Of a DNA stretch of 64,000 bases, positions 26,301 through 35,747 are shown piece after piece. The DNA lies in NCBI GenBank assembly GCA_964188305.1, contig OZ076885.1; one strand, 5' to 3'. The position numbers and the translations under genes were made by a program. This DNA is from Podarcis bocagei. Lineage: Eukaryota. Numbering within the stretch: position 1 is the stretch's first letter; every line of letters begins with the position of its first letter. Below the pieces are notes generated by a model that was not told the DNA's origin, ran no database searches, and saw only the letters and a list, made by a program, of their open reading frames with translations.

Positions 26301-28494
26301 TCCCCTTACTTTTTAGGAGGGAAAAAGTGAGTCTTATAGAGCAAAAAATACGGTACCTACAAATGGCCTCAACAGTTTGGCCCCATCCCACATGCTTCTG
26401 GTGGGCTGTTGAGTTTGTTGAAAGCAGCTTGTTTGCTTGTTTAAAGCTCACCCCTATACGTGGTAACCATCATACAGTTCATTTTTTATTTTTCTAATGA
26501 TGATTATTTTAAAAACAGATACTGTATTTAGGCTGAAAAACTATTTTGGATAGTTAGGGTGCCTCTACACAACCCTCTATAAAGAATGTGACAACAACAT
26601 AGTAACTGCAGTTTATGACCTAGGGTGGCTCTTTTTTATGTATAGTCTCTCCTTAACAGTGCCAGTAGTGTTGTGTTAAAAAATGCTTGCAATAGATATC
26701 ATGTGCATAGTATGAAGACATTGCTGACATGAGCCTTAAACCATGAAGATGGCAAAAGTGTAGTTTTGCTTAGGCTTTACCTCAGAGGTTTTGAGAGAGA
26801 TTTCCACACACATTGACCGTCCAACAGCAGGCAGCTGTCCTGCCAAGGCTTTTTTTGCTTCATGGGTAACTTCTGGGATATCTTTGATTGCCAAGTTGAA
26901 CTGCAAAATTAAGAGAGTTGATTTTACTTTTGAGGAACTTATTTGAGAAATCTACCATGTGTCACACAACAGGAATGTATGTATTGGAACTTACAACTTA
27001 TTGTATTTACTCAAATGTAATGCACACCTTTTTTTGCCAAATTTCATCGCAAAAATTAGTGTGTGCATTAGATTTGATGGCGCATTTACATTCGCAAGGA
27101 AATACTTTTTTGGTTTCCAGGTTTTGAAATTTGAGGTACACATTAGATTCGTGGAAAGACGACAACAGGTCAAAATATTCTCTGCTGTCACACACTGATG
27201 ATTACTAATAACAGTCTTGCTTTACTTTCCTTTTTTTTTGTAAAGCAGATAATACCATCACAAAATTTCCCAGCTCCTTCCTTGTTCTCTCTATTTACAG
27301 TTCCTCTCTTAAGAGCTTTTATCAGAGCCACAGATGAAAAGCAATTAAGAGAAATCCACCCAGAATCAGCTGAGGTAGAAACTATTCAGACATATATATT
27401 ATTTGTATACCCAGTACCACAAGATGCCCAAATAGTAGTTTTATGTGGTTAAAAAGAAAAGGAATACTGTTTAAACATTTTTGCATGGTTCTATGTCTGC
27501 AGTTCTGCTTCAGTCTTTTGTTTCCTGTATCTTAACATGGCACAAGTATGGGAATAATGGGATTCCTATGAGGAATATAGTTTACCCAGTCAGAGCCTGT
27601 TGGCGAGGATGATGATCGAGTACAGATTTTTTCACCAAGTCGGGCCTGGACAATCACTTGTACAGTCTGAAAGAGAAAATATGAGATTTGTGAGAAGTCA
27701 AGATTTGTTACTAAACAGGAGAGAGATGAGATGAAACACAGAAACAAAAGTAACTGCTTTCACTACTTCAGTGTTTTTGTTGGTCTTCCATTATTTTATC
27801 CTTCCCCTCTTGCTGTTGAGATCATTCACCTCTCTTGTTAGTAAAACCATACATTTCTCCTTTAATCTATACACACGCTTTCCCAGCTTGCTCTGCAACA
27901 TCTATACTAATCTCAGTCAATCAGCACAGGACAATCAATGGGTGTTATAGGATGCTGTCTATAAGCAAGGCTTTGATATCTAGATACCTCCCTTCCCTAA
28001 CCTGGCATCTTTCATATGTTTAGACTCAAGCTCCCAGCAACCCTGGCCACTGTGTGGCTTCCTGCTTTGTCTACCTGGAATGCCAATTCCAAACTCCCTT
28101 TCCTTGACTCTTAAGCATGTGTGATTCAGTCTCAAGGTCTGCAGACGGGTCACCTGACAGTCAAATAGGAGCTTGTCATATTCAAAAGCTGGATGACTAT
28201 GGGGCTTTGTTTTGTTTTGATACTATAATCTATATTTTTTGAAATCCAAATGAAGTCAGAGATCAGCAAAAAATGTTGTTTTAAAAGGTTTTGACATTGC
28301 ATCAATCAACATTATGGCTCGGCAGCATGGGGCAGTGTAATAAGTACAGGGAGTTTTGGTTTGTCACAGTGCAACAGGAATGTGGATTATTATTTTTACT
28401 TCTATTCCAAAAAACAATAAATTACCTTCAGGGCAAAAAATTTGATGAACTTGTCCAGGTCCTTCCTGTCCTGGGAGCTGAGATCAGTGTCCAT
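11282..28494 (-). CDS. ATG13: Autophagy-related protein 13, complete CDS, 17 coding exons (1653 nt, ~550 aa with all cassette exons)
   Basis: N-terminus [28 protein letters not shown] domain, LIR motif DDFVMV, C-terminus ...[10 protein letters not shown]; all exons GT-AG with consistent phases. Confidence 0.97.
12631..12759 (-). CDS. ATG13: ATG13 coding exon 16
   Basis: [43 protein letters not shown]. Confidence 0.95.
12990..13088 (+). mobile_element. L2-type LINE/SINE 3' end
   Basis: gccgcccagagtggctggggcaacccag...tataaataataa...ttattattat tail typical of lizard L2-related ends. Confidence 0.55.
13532..13648 (-). CDS. ATG13: ATG13 coding exon 15 (LIR motif)
   Basis: [39 protein letters not shown]. 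Confidence 0.95.
13828..13905 (-). CDS. ATG13: ATG13 coding exon 14
   Basis: [26 protein letters not shown]. Confidence 0.94.
14231..14348 (-). CDS. ATG13: ATG13 coding exon 13
   Basis: [39 protein letters not shown]. Confidence 0.95.
14590..14850 (-). mobile_element. Degenerate L2-type LINE fragment (similar fragments ~49490-49950, ~59350-59830, ~50430-50790)
   Basis: Shared motifs ggtcccaag...agcactttgaattg(g/a)gcc...cagccacattctg across copies; boundaries approximate. Confidence 0.5.
16339..16478 (-). CDS. ATG13: ATG13 coding exon 12
   Basis: [46 protein letters not shown]. Confidence 0.93.
17010..17120 (-). CDS. ATG13: ATG13 coding exon 11 (111 nt, phase 0-0, likely cassette)
   Basis: [37 protein letters not shown]. 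Confidence 0.9.
18806..18904 (-). CDS. ATG13: ATG13 coding exon 10 (99 nt, phase 0-0, likely cassette)
   Basis: [33 protein letters not shown]; matches the 33-aa insert of the long human isoform as recalled. Confidence 0.85.
20480..20567 (-). CDS. ATG13: ATG13 coding exon 9
   Basis: [29 protein letters not shown]. Confidence 0.94.
20866..20955. mobile_element. 90-bp hAT-type MITE
   Basis: TIR CATAGCTGTCAAC...GTTGACAGCTATG; 8-bp TSD CTGTAGAA/CTGTAGAG (7/8). Confidence 0.85.
21092..21171 (+). mobile_element. CR1 LINE 3' end fragment
   Basis: gggttggactaga...ccttcaaactct...ATTCTATGATTCT terminal octamer repeat. Confidence 0.7.
21795..21893 (-). CDS. ATG13: ATG13 coding exon 8
   Basis: [32 protein letters not shown]. 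Confidence 0.95.
22184..22280 (-). CDS. ATG13: ATG13 coding exon 7
   Basis: [31 protein letters not shown]. Confidence 0.95.
22665..23080. mobile_element. Tc1/mariner (Tigger-like) MITE family B
   Basis: TA|CAGTGGTACCTCGCAAGACG...CGTCTTGCGGGGCACCACTG|TA; internal repeated tcgcaagacgaa motifs; CpGs retained. Confidence 0.9.
23131..23171 (-). CDS. ATG13: ATG13 coding exon 6
   Basis: [13 protein letters not shown]; (TC)n polypyrimidine tract at the acceptor. Confidence 0.94.
23795..23935 (-). CDS. ATG13: ATG13 coding exon 5
   Basis: [46 protein letters not shown]. Confidence 0.95.
24240..24835. mobile_element. Tc2/mariner-type MITE with internal GC-rich 107-bp tandem repeat
   Basis: TA|CCGTATTTTTCGCCCCATA...TATAGGGCGAAAAATACGG|TA; repeat units start at 24338, 24445, 24552. 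Confidence 0.9.
25786..25832 (-). CDS. ATG13: ATG13 coding exon 4
   Basis: [15 protein letters not shown]. Confidence 0.94.
26125..26353. mobile_element. Tc2/mariner-type MITE, shorter relative of 24240-24835
   Basis: TA|CCATATTTTTCGCTCTATAAGAC...GTCTTATAGAGCAAAAAATACGG|TA. Confidence 0.85.
26781..26900 (-). CDS. ATG13: ATG13 coding exon 3
   Basis: [40 protein letters not shown]. Confidence 0.95.
27586..27666 (-). CDS. ATG13: ATG13 coding exon 2
   Basis: [27 protein letters not shown]. Confidence 0.95.
28426..28494 (-). CDS. ATG13: ATG13 coding exon 1 (exon acceptor at 28507)
   Basis: [23 protein letters not shown]. Confidence 0.95.
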
Positions 28495-30508
28495 TTCATA
28501 TGGAAATCTAGAATAGAACAGGCATAAATATTCCAATTTGTTACTAACAGGAGAGAGAGCTTACTATATTATTTAAACTAATCAAAGTTAATGAACTTCA
28601 GGAAACTACAGTAATCTTAAAGAGACATAAAACTAATCTTAACCTTGCTGAGATAAATTTGTGTGATTTACATTAATACACTACTAGCTACGAAGAGAAT
28701 ACGCACCAGTGAAAAGTTTATGTGCATTTTCAGAATCAGCTCAGTTGTTGTGGGAACTGGAGCAGGAAAAGATCACATTTCATTTAAGCTGCTGAACTTG
28801 CTAGAACTAAGTGCCAAATGAGTTTGGTCATTATATGCATTTAAAGAAACTCTAGCATATTTGTACAAAGCAACAAGAGTCTACACATGGAAGTCATTCT
28901 TTCACATAAAAATTGACCTATGTAGGCAGCATAGCAATATTGGCAGGTGACTGAGCCCCTGATGGCAGTATAGCTGATGATATTTTTATTAAGTCATCCA
29001 ATTGTGTTGCTGGAGTGGAGATGTGGGCAAAGCTGGCATTTGTCATGTCACAGCCCTACTGTAGCTATGTGCTAAATAAAAATAACAAGTCATACTTATG
29101 AGCAGGTGCTAGTCTGTCAAAGTTCATGCCATAATAAATGTCCTCAAGATACCACCAGTCACTCCCCACCATCCCATAATGCTTCACAGGAACATTCCTT
29201 GCAACAATATAATGTTAAAATGCAATGGACTCAGCACTGGGCAAAAGTGCAGAGTATACCTGAACAATACTGTCTCTTTCACTAAACAGATGTGATATTT
29301 GATAAACTATTTCATTTCTTGATAAATGAGCAATGATACCTACCTAGTTATCATGAAACTGTGACAGATAAAATGCAATGTAGAACAAAAAGGGCTAACA
29401 GATTTTACCTAAGCTGTGGTTAGGAAAATTTGCATGTTTGCTTGTTGAAAATAAAGTTTTATATATCAGAATTTGACCAATATATGGATCATGAGCTGGA
29501 TACAGACTAAGTCGTGCCTGAGAAGACCCACTGAAATCAATGGAACACAAATTGACTAACTTGTCCTGTGAATTTGAGGGGATCATGCTAAACATCACAC
29601 ACTATTTTCCTCAGTGATCTACCAATGTTACTGAACACAGCTGGAGCCTGAATGTCAGAATATTTATTTCTAGCCCAGAGGATAACCAACATTATCTAAA
29701 AGGTGAGATTTTTGTACCTATGAGCCAGTCAGGTCAGGGAACTATTGGGTTCTATGCTTCAGAAAGCCATATTTTTTTGGAACTGACACCCCCATCACCA
29801 CATGAAAACCAATACACACAAACTGTAGCACTTATAAAAAATTTCATTTTTGCAGTTTTGAAGAAAAACTTCCATTATATAATGGAAATCTAACACAAAT
29901 TCACATATGTGACACACCTTCTTTGTGATGGTCTATTGTATATTTCAGACATGCTTGCGCTTTAATGCATGGTGGTAATTTCCACAGGACCAATCCTACT
30001 CTAAACCCTTGTTGCTTTTAGTGCCTCTTTCCTGAGTAACTATAATACACAGCATATCTAAAGCAAAATATTTCTATTTCTGTTGTTGTTGTTATTTATA
30101 TAACACTTTTCAGGTGAATCTCACGAAGCAGTTTACAAAAAAAATTAAATTAATAAGTGTTAATTAAAACTATGTAATAAAGCAGCAAAAACAAATTACA
30201 ATGACTTTCCCCCCCAAAAGCTAGATATCGCCTTCTCTCAGGTCAAAACAGTTCTTTAATAACACTGTGGTGGCAGGTTTCTTTTTACAGGGTAAGGAAA
30301 CAGCTTTCTTTGCTCTCTATTCTGGCAGACACATTTAAAACAAAGGGTGTTAAGAAATGAGTAACCTCAACCCATATAGTATTTCAATGAGAAGACAGGA
30401 TGGACAATTATACTGTTCAAGTCTCTCAGTGCAGTGATTCTAGAACCTTCACAAGGTACTAGAATATCAGAGATACTTCATGATTCTCAGGTTACAGATC
30501 ATTCGCTT

Positions 30509-30700
30509 TGGGATGAACTGTAGCTCAGTAGTAAGGCATTAACTTTGGAGGCAGAAAGTTCCAGGTTTAATCACCAGTTAAAAGTACTTGGGTAACAGGA
30601 AGATGTGAAAAACTTTGGATCAACAACTTTGAAAGCTACTGCCAGTCAAAATATCCAATACTGGGCTAGATGCACTCAGTATAAGACAGTTTTATATTTC
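30509..30700 (+). mobile_element. tRNA-derived SINE (Squam3-like), degenerate
   Basis: Box A-like tagctcagtagta, box B-like ggtttaatcacc, 3' part actgccagtc...actgggctagatg...ctcagtataagacagtt. Confidence 0.6.
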
Positions 30701-31098
30701 ACAAGGCTTTCCAATTAACAGCAGCATTGCTTTCTCTAGTGCAAACTCCTTAAAAGCAGGAAAACATTTTAAAAGATCCCAATAAAAAAATTCAAATAAA
30801 AGCCTAACACTTCTGGGTGACACACAAAGCATTTATGAACCTGCTCCTCCTTTGCCTGTTTACCATGTTTTGAGAGTAGGGAGCAGTTGTCTTGGCAACA
30901 TTTGCATCACAATCTCCTAAGAGGAACAAGAAACACTAGATAGAGCTCCAACTTAGGGGTTGATTCTTTCAGGAGAAATAATTATCCTTGAATTCAAGTC
31001 CAGGCAGATCTAATGTATGCCACCTCACCATTAGTCTTTCTTGGACCCAGAGAACTGAGTGTAATGTTAAAGTTAAGAAATTTTAGCCTGCTCAGTAC

Positions 31099-31143
31099 CT
31101 GGAAAGGAGAGTTTGTGGGAATCCACTGTAAGTTACTGATTTC
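31099..31143 (-). other. ATG13: Candidate ATG13 5'UTR exon (45 nt)
   Basis: Minus-strand acceptor gttgttttttaattcag| and donor ttccag|gtactg, between the CpG island and the first coding exon. Confidence 0.55.
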
Positions 31144-33079
31144 CTGAATTAAAAAACAACAACAGCTACATGTAATAATAATTATAAATTATTTAACAAC
31201 ATTAGAAGAAAACTGACTATATAATATTTTGGGCCAGTAAGAATATGTTGCAGTATGGAGTGCTTCTGTATAGTGCTCCAGTCAGCCAAGCCTTCCTTCC
31301 TTACACTCCTGGCCGTCACCCACCTCAGTCAATGTACTCAGCCTTCAATAGGCTGTTTTGACTCCCCTGCCTCAACCTAAAGATTTTTAGTACTTTTGCA
31401 AGCTGGGATACCCAGAAGCCTGCTGATATCTCTCTCTTGTGCATGCATGGTAATGTTTTGATTACATAAACACTGGCCCTTGGATAATTGAATTTGCTCT
31501 TAGTACAGATTCTATGATAGAAAGCATATGTCTATAAACTTGACAAGCCGGATCTCATTTTGTTCTGGAATGAAAATTAATTCTGTTACATCATGAACAT
31601 ATATTTCTAAATTTGGAGAAAATACTAAATATGATGTCCTAAAGACCTATGGTTCACTTATCCCCATTTATTCTGTTTCCTAAAATAGTGAGACAGCTTA
31701 CAAGAATTCCCCATTTTGTACCTCCTGAGGGCTGCTTCCAGCGTGTCTAGTATAATTTGTGTACCTACAACACTGCCCACTATGTGCAAGAACCATTTAA
31801 TTCTGTTTGATTTGTGTGCTCTCTACAGATGTCATCAAAAGCCACGGCTGGCTCTGGGGTCCCTCAGTGAATGCAGCATACATGAAAATCAACTAGAGCA
31901 GACATAAAATTCTAACGCTTTACAAGGAACCCTATTGGCAGATATAGCACACAGAGGCATATGCCTTAATTCCTGTAAATATGAAGCAGCCCAATTTTAG
32001 GTTTTGTGGTAGATTTTCTTCTTGATAGGAACCAAACTATGATTATGAACTTTTTTATTCTTGTTGTTACAGCAAACGGGAAGGCAGCAAACATTGATTA
32101 GTCCCTAAGTTAATATAAATTCTAGGGGAAAAGAAATGAAGAAATGTAATTTTAAGGCAAATAAAAACATGTTTCTAAAATGCCTTTTCACTTTTATTGA
32201 AATACAAAAAAGCCAGTGATTCTAACTAAACTATTTTTTGTTTATGTGAATGGCCTAGTTTTTCCATTACGCAATAGGTATTTTAAAGACCCAGAGCCAC
32301 ATTCCAATGCAGAGTTAGGCACACCAAGACTGAAATACTAAACATATTAACTAGAGAGAAAGTCCCACTCCTCGTAGCAGAATTGCACTGTTTTGGTTAA
32401 GATTTCAGTGAACTTAAGCATACTTGAATTTGTGTTGAATTGTGGCCCAAGAGTTTGAAAATCCTCACATTATTTCAGTCACATTTTTGCCTGAAAGATT
32501 TAGAAATATCTCTAGATCAAAAGTCCATGAGGTCAGATCACATGATGAAGACAAAGTATGCAGCATAAAGACTGGCAGCTTGATCCTCAAAGGAAAACAT
32601 GATGTAGAACTGGTTAGTGAAAATAGGTCCTGTGTTGCTGGAATTCTTTGAAGACTGTTGCTTTAAAGCAGCTTAATCATTTATCAGCAGCAGATCTGAA
32701 ACAACCTCAGTCAACAAAACTCCCTTTTGACAAGGTCATGAAATAAGTTACAGATATATTCAAGCTCCCACATCACACATGCTAAGAAATTTAGTGGTGC
32801 AGCTGGGTTTAAACCCAAGGTCATGCACGTGCCACGTCATACGTTGACTACATCACATCCTCAAGGAGGTTTTATTTTCAGTACTCCTTAGGTTCTGAAA
32901 GGTTTGTCTAGAAATAAACAGTCCTCACAGCCCTATTTTCCCTACTACCCACAACTCTATACAATCAGACTGTGATCCGCTGCTCTCCCCACCCCTACCT
33001 ACTCTGTGGGAGCAGACCCCTCACCCTACCCCAGCAGAAGCCTAGTCGAAACCCATCAAATTATGTGCATCTGAGGTGC

Positions 33080-34345
33080 AGGGGGGGGGGAATTACCTGC
33101 GGGAAGAAGGCTGAGGTGATGGCTCGGGGTCTCATTCCGGGGACGAGCCCGGAGGCTATCCTAGCCCCTCCTCATGGTCAGACCCAGTGGGCCTCTCCGA
33201 AATCCTCGCGGGTGGTTTCGACTCGAAGGGCTGGAAGGGGCCGCCCTCGCCGCCTCCTGTGGCTTCTTTTCTCGGAGAGGAGACGTGGCAGTGAACGTCC
33301 TTTGCTGGGTCACCTCAGGAACCCCAATGGGGGCTCGCAGCACCAAGACCCCTCCGGCCCCGCAGACTTGAGGGCCGCCCGCCTCTCGTCTCCCTTCTTC
33401 CTAGCGCACCTTTCGCGCTCGGCTCCGCTGCCCAATTCCCGCGCGGGACAAGGCTTTCCTCAGCCCCCGTCAGGGAATATGGCGGGGGTGGGGGGTGCGC
33501 GTAGATTCGTAGCCCAAGCCTGCCGGGAAAACAGCGCCTGCTGTTGGGACCTTTAGTCCCGAGGCGGGTGACCAATATCCGGCCTCCACTCGCCGCTGCC
33601 CAGTGCTTGGTCCAGCCCAGGGAAGGGGTTGGGAATGCCCGAGGCTGGCTGGCCCGCGTACGAGTGGAGTCTCTGCTTGCGCCGCCCCTTCGAGGAAGGC
33701 TCTGAGGAACCGGCGCCGGCCTTCGAGGAGAAGTCGCTCAGTCTGCCGGTCCTACGAGCCGACCTGCCCGTCGTCGCAGGTTACACAGCCAGAGTGTCCC
33801 TCACGGCCGCAGACTCCCCCTGCAGCCGCCGCCGCCGCCGCCATTGCTGCTGTTTGTTTTCATCCGCTCAGGGCGAGCGGGGAGCGCTGACTCCGCATCC
33901 GCCGCGGCACTTTCCACAGAGACGAGGACCCGCCTCCCGTTATCAGCGCCCCCCCCCCCGCCCAAGTGGGCCAGCCCGCAGCCGTTAAGTATCGGCGGGA
34001 GGCGGGAATGCCCACCTCCGATGCTTAAAGGGTTGAAGGGCCGGTCTCGTGAGGAATCTGCGACTGGGAATGAACAGTCCGGGCGTCGTGAGAGGGACTT
34101 GGAGCTCCGCCTCGGGATCCGGGTGCTGGGAAGGGACTTCGGGACAGGCTCCCCTTGCGCTACCGGGGTAAATCGGGGGCCCGGCGGAGAGGGAGGTGTG
34201 GACGCATAGACGCGCCGCCAAACATGCTTATATCCTGCGCTTTCAGTCTTCCGCCAAGCGCAGCCCCCTCTCTCGCTTCCGTCCTCCCTGGAACACCCCC
34301 TTGCGCCCCCCCCCCCAGTCTTCTCCCCGCTTCTCTAGGGAGGAA
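33080..34345. promoter_or_regulatory. CpG island / bidirectional promoter of ATG13 (-) and HARBI1 (+), including non-coding first exons
   Basis: GC- and CpG-rich block between head-to-head genes; YY1 motif AATATGGCGG 33476-33485, CCAAT ~33572, GC boxes; minus-strand donor candidates at 33313 and 33096. Confidence 0.85.
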
Positions 34346-34359
34346 CTTGTAGTCCACCA

Positions 34360-34712
34360 CAGGGCCGGAATAAGGTTTGATGAGGCCCTAAGCTACTGAA
34401 GGTAATGGGACCCTTTATATGTCCAGCTGTCCTTTGTCAACAACAAATTGCCGCTGTTTTTGTGTTGAATACTGTATATACTATATGGTAATGTATGGAC
34501 CTAATAGGTATCTAAAGCCGTTTGCACATAACAAATAGGAGCCTACACAACACAAAATACTGTTGCTGTATGTAGGTTTTATTTTATTTGTTTTTTATCT
34601 TATATTTTGGAAATGTACATCCATTTTTTTTCCCTTTAAATTTTTTTGGGACCCCCAAGAGAGTGGAGCCCTAAGCTATAACTTGTTTAGCTTTTACGTA
34701 AATCTGGCACTG
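34360..34712. mobile_element. hAT-type non-autonomous element at the CpG island edge
   Basis: CAGGGCCGGA...TCTGGCACTG imperfect TIRs; perfect 8-bp TSD GTCCACCA (34352-34359 / 34713-34720). Confidence 0.85.
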
Positions 34713-35577
34713 GTCCACCAGATGGTGTTGCACTACCGTTGCCACCATTGGCCATGCTGGCCGGTGCTGATGGGGAGAGTTGGAGCGGGTGAGATTTCCC
34801 ACAACTACTGTTGGGTTACCCTGCTGCATGTTCCGCTTTCACAGCATCCTCCAATAAGGCAAAGTCATGCCCCTTTCGCAGAGACCTGCCTGCTTTTCAG
34901 CTCTCTTTTGCAGTTCCTGCTTCATCAGGTGCCCTTCACTTCCCACCACAAACAGTTTAATGCCTCGTTGCCATTCTTCTCCCTCTCTTTTACCCCTTCA
35001 CCTTCCGTCATTCATGCTTTGGGTCCTTTAGGAAAGTCATTCCTGGTGGCTCAACCGAGAAGCGTGAATGAAACCTTGAAAGTGACACATGAGAACCCAG
35101 CTGGATTAGACCACAGGCCCATTTGATTCTGTATTGTGCTTTCACACAGTGACTAACCAGATGCCTGGAGATGGCCTCCTTCTTTGGGTGCACTCTCTTC
35201 TTCAAACATAGTCTTGAGTGTCAGACGTGTATTTTGCTGCACAAAGGTTATTGCATGTTTTTGTAGACATACCCATATAGATGTGTCTCATGTATGTTAC
35301 AAGACAAAACATTGCATTCTCAGACATTGATAATGATGCTACATTTCCTCCTAAATCTATTCATCTCAAAATGATGATAGGGATATTAATGACATATCAG
35401 TTACAACAGTTAATTGTGGGCTTAACAACTAGCTGCTAAATACCAGGAATAATTTTTTTAAGTAGACATATTGCCTCAGCTGTTACTGAGACAAAATAAT
35501 ATATTACACATATGTCAGTTGCAACTACTTTTGTATTCATCGCTGGAAAAAGGAAAGCATTTATCTTTTAGTCTCTT

Positions 35578-35747
35578 GGCTGGAATCTACACACATTTAG
35601 AAAACACTATGAAAATGCTTTTTTTAAAAAAGTTTTGAAAAATACATTGAATTTGGCATAGCTCACTCTCGCCATCTAGTGTCACATTTGTATATTGCAC
35701 TCTACAATACATTTAAAATATTTTATTTGCAGCTGTGTAGCTGAGTC
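35578..35747. mobile_element. MITE with atctacaca...tgtgtag ends (related copy 42928-43104), possibly PIF/Harbinger-type
   Basis: Similar termini and shared central ccatct(a/g)gtg core in two copies; superfamily is inferred. Confidence 0.5.

Noticed and set aside
32972-34399. Several 65-194 aa ORFs on both strands
   Set aside because: They lie in the CpG island, where stop codons are rare; low-complexity Arg/Pro/Gly/Ala products with no recognisable domain.
34563-35126. 187-aa ORF
   Set aside because: Begins inside a hAT element, runs through an older repeat, has a non-ATG start and no coding signature.
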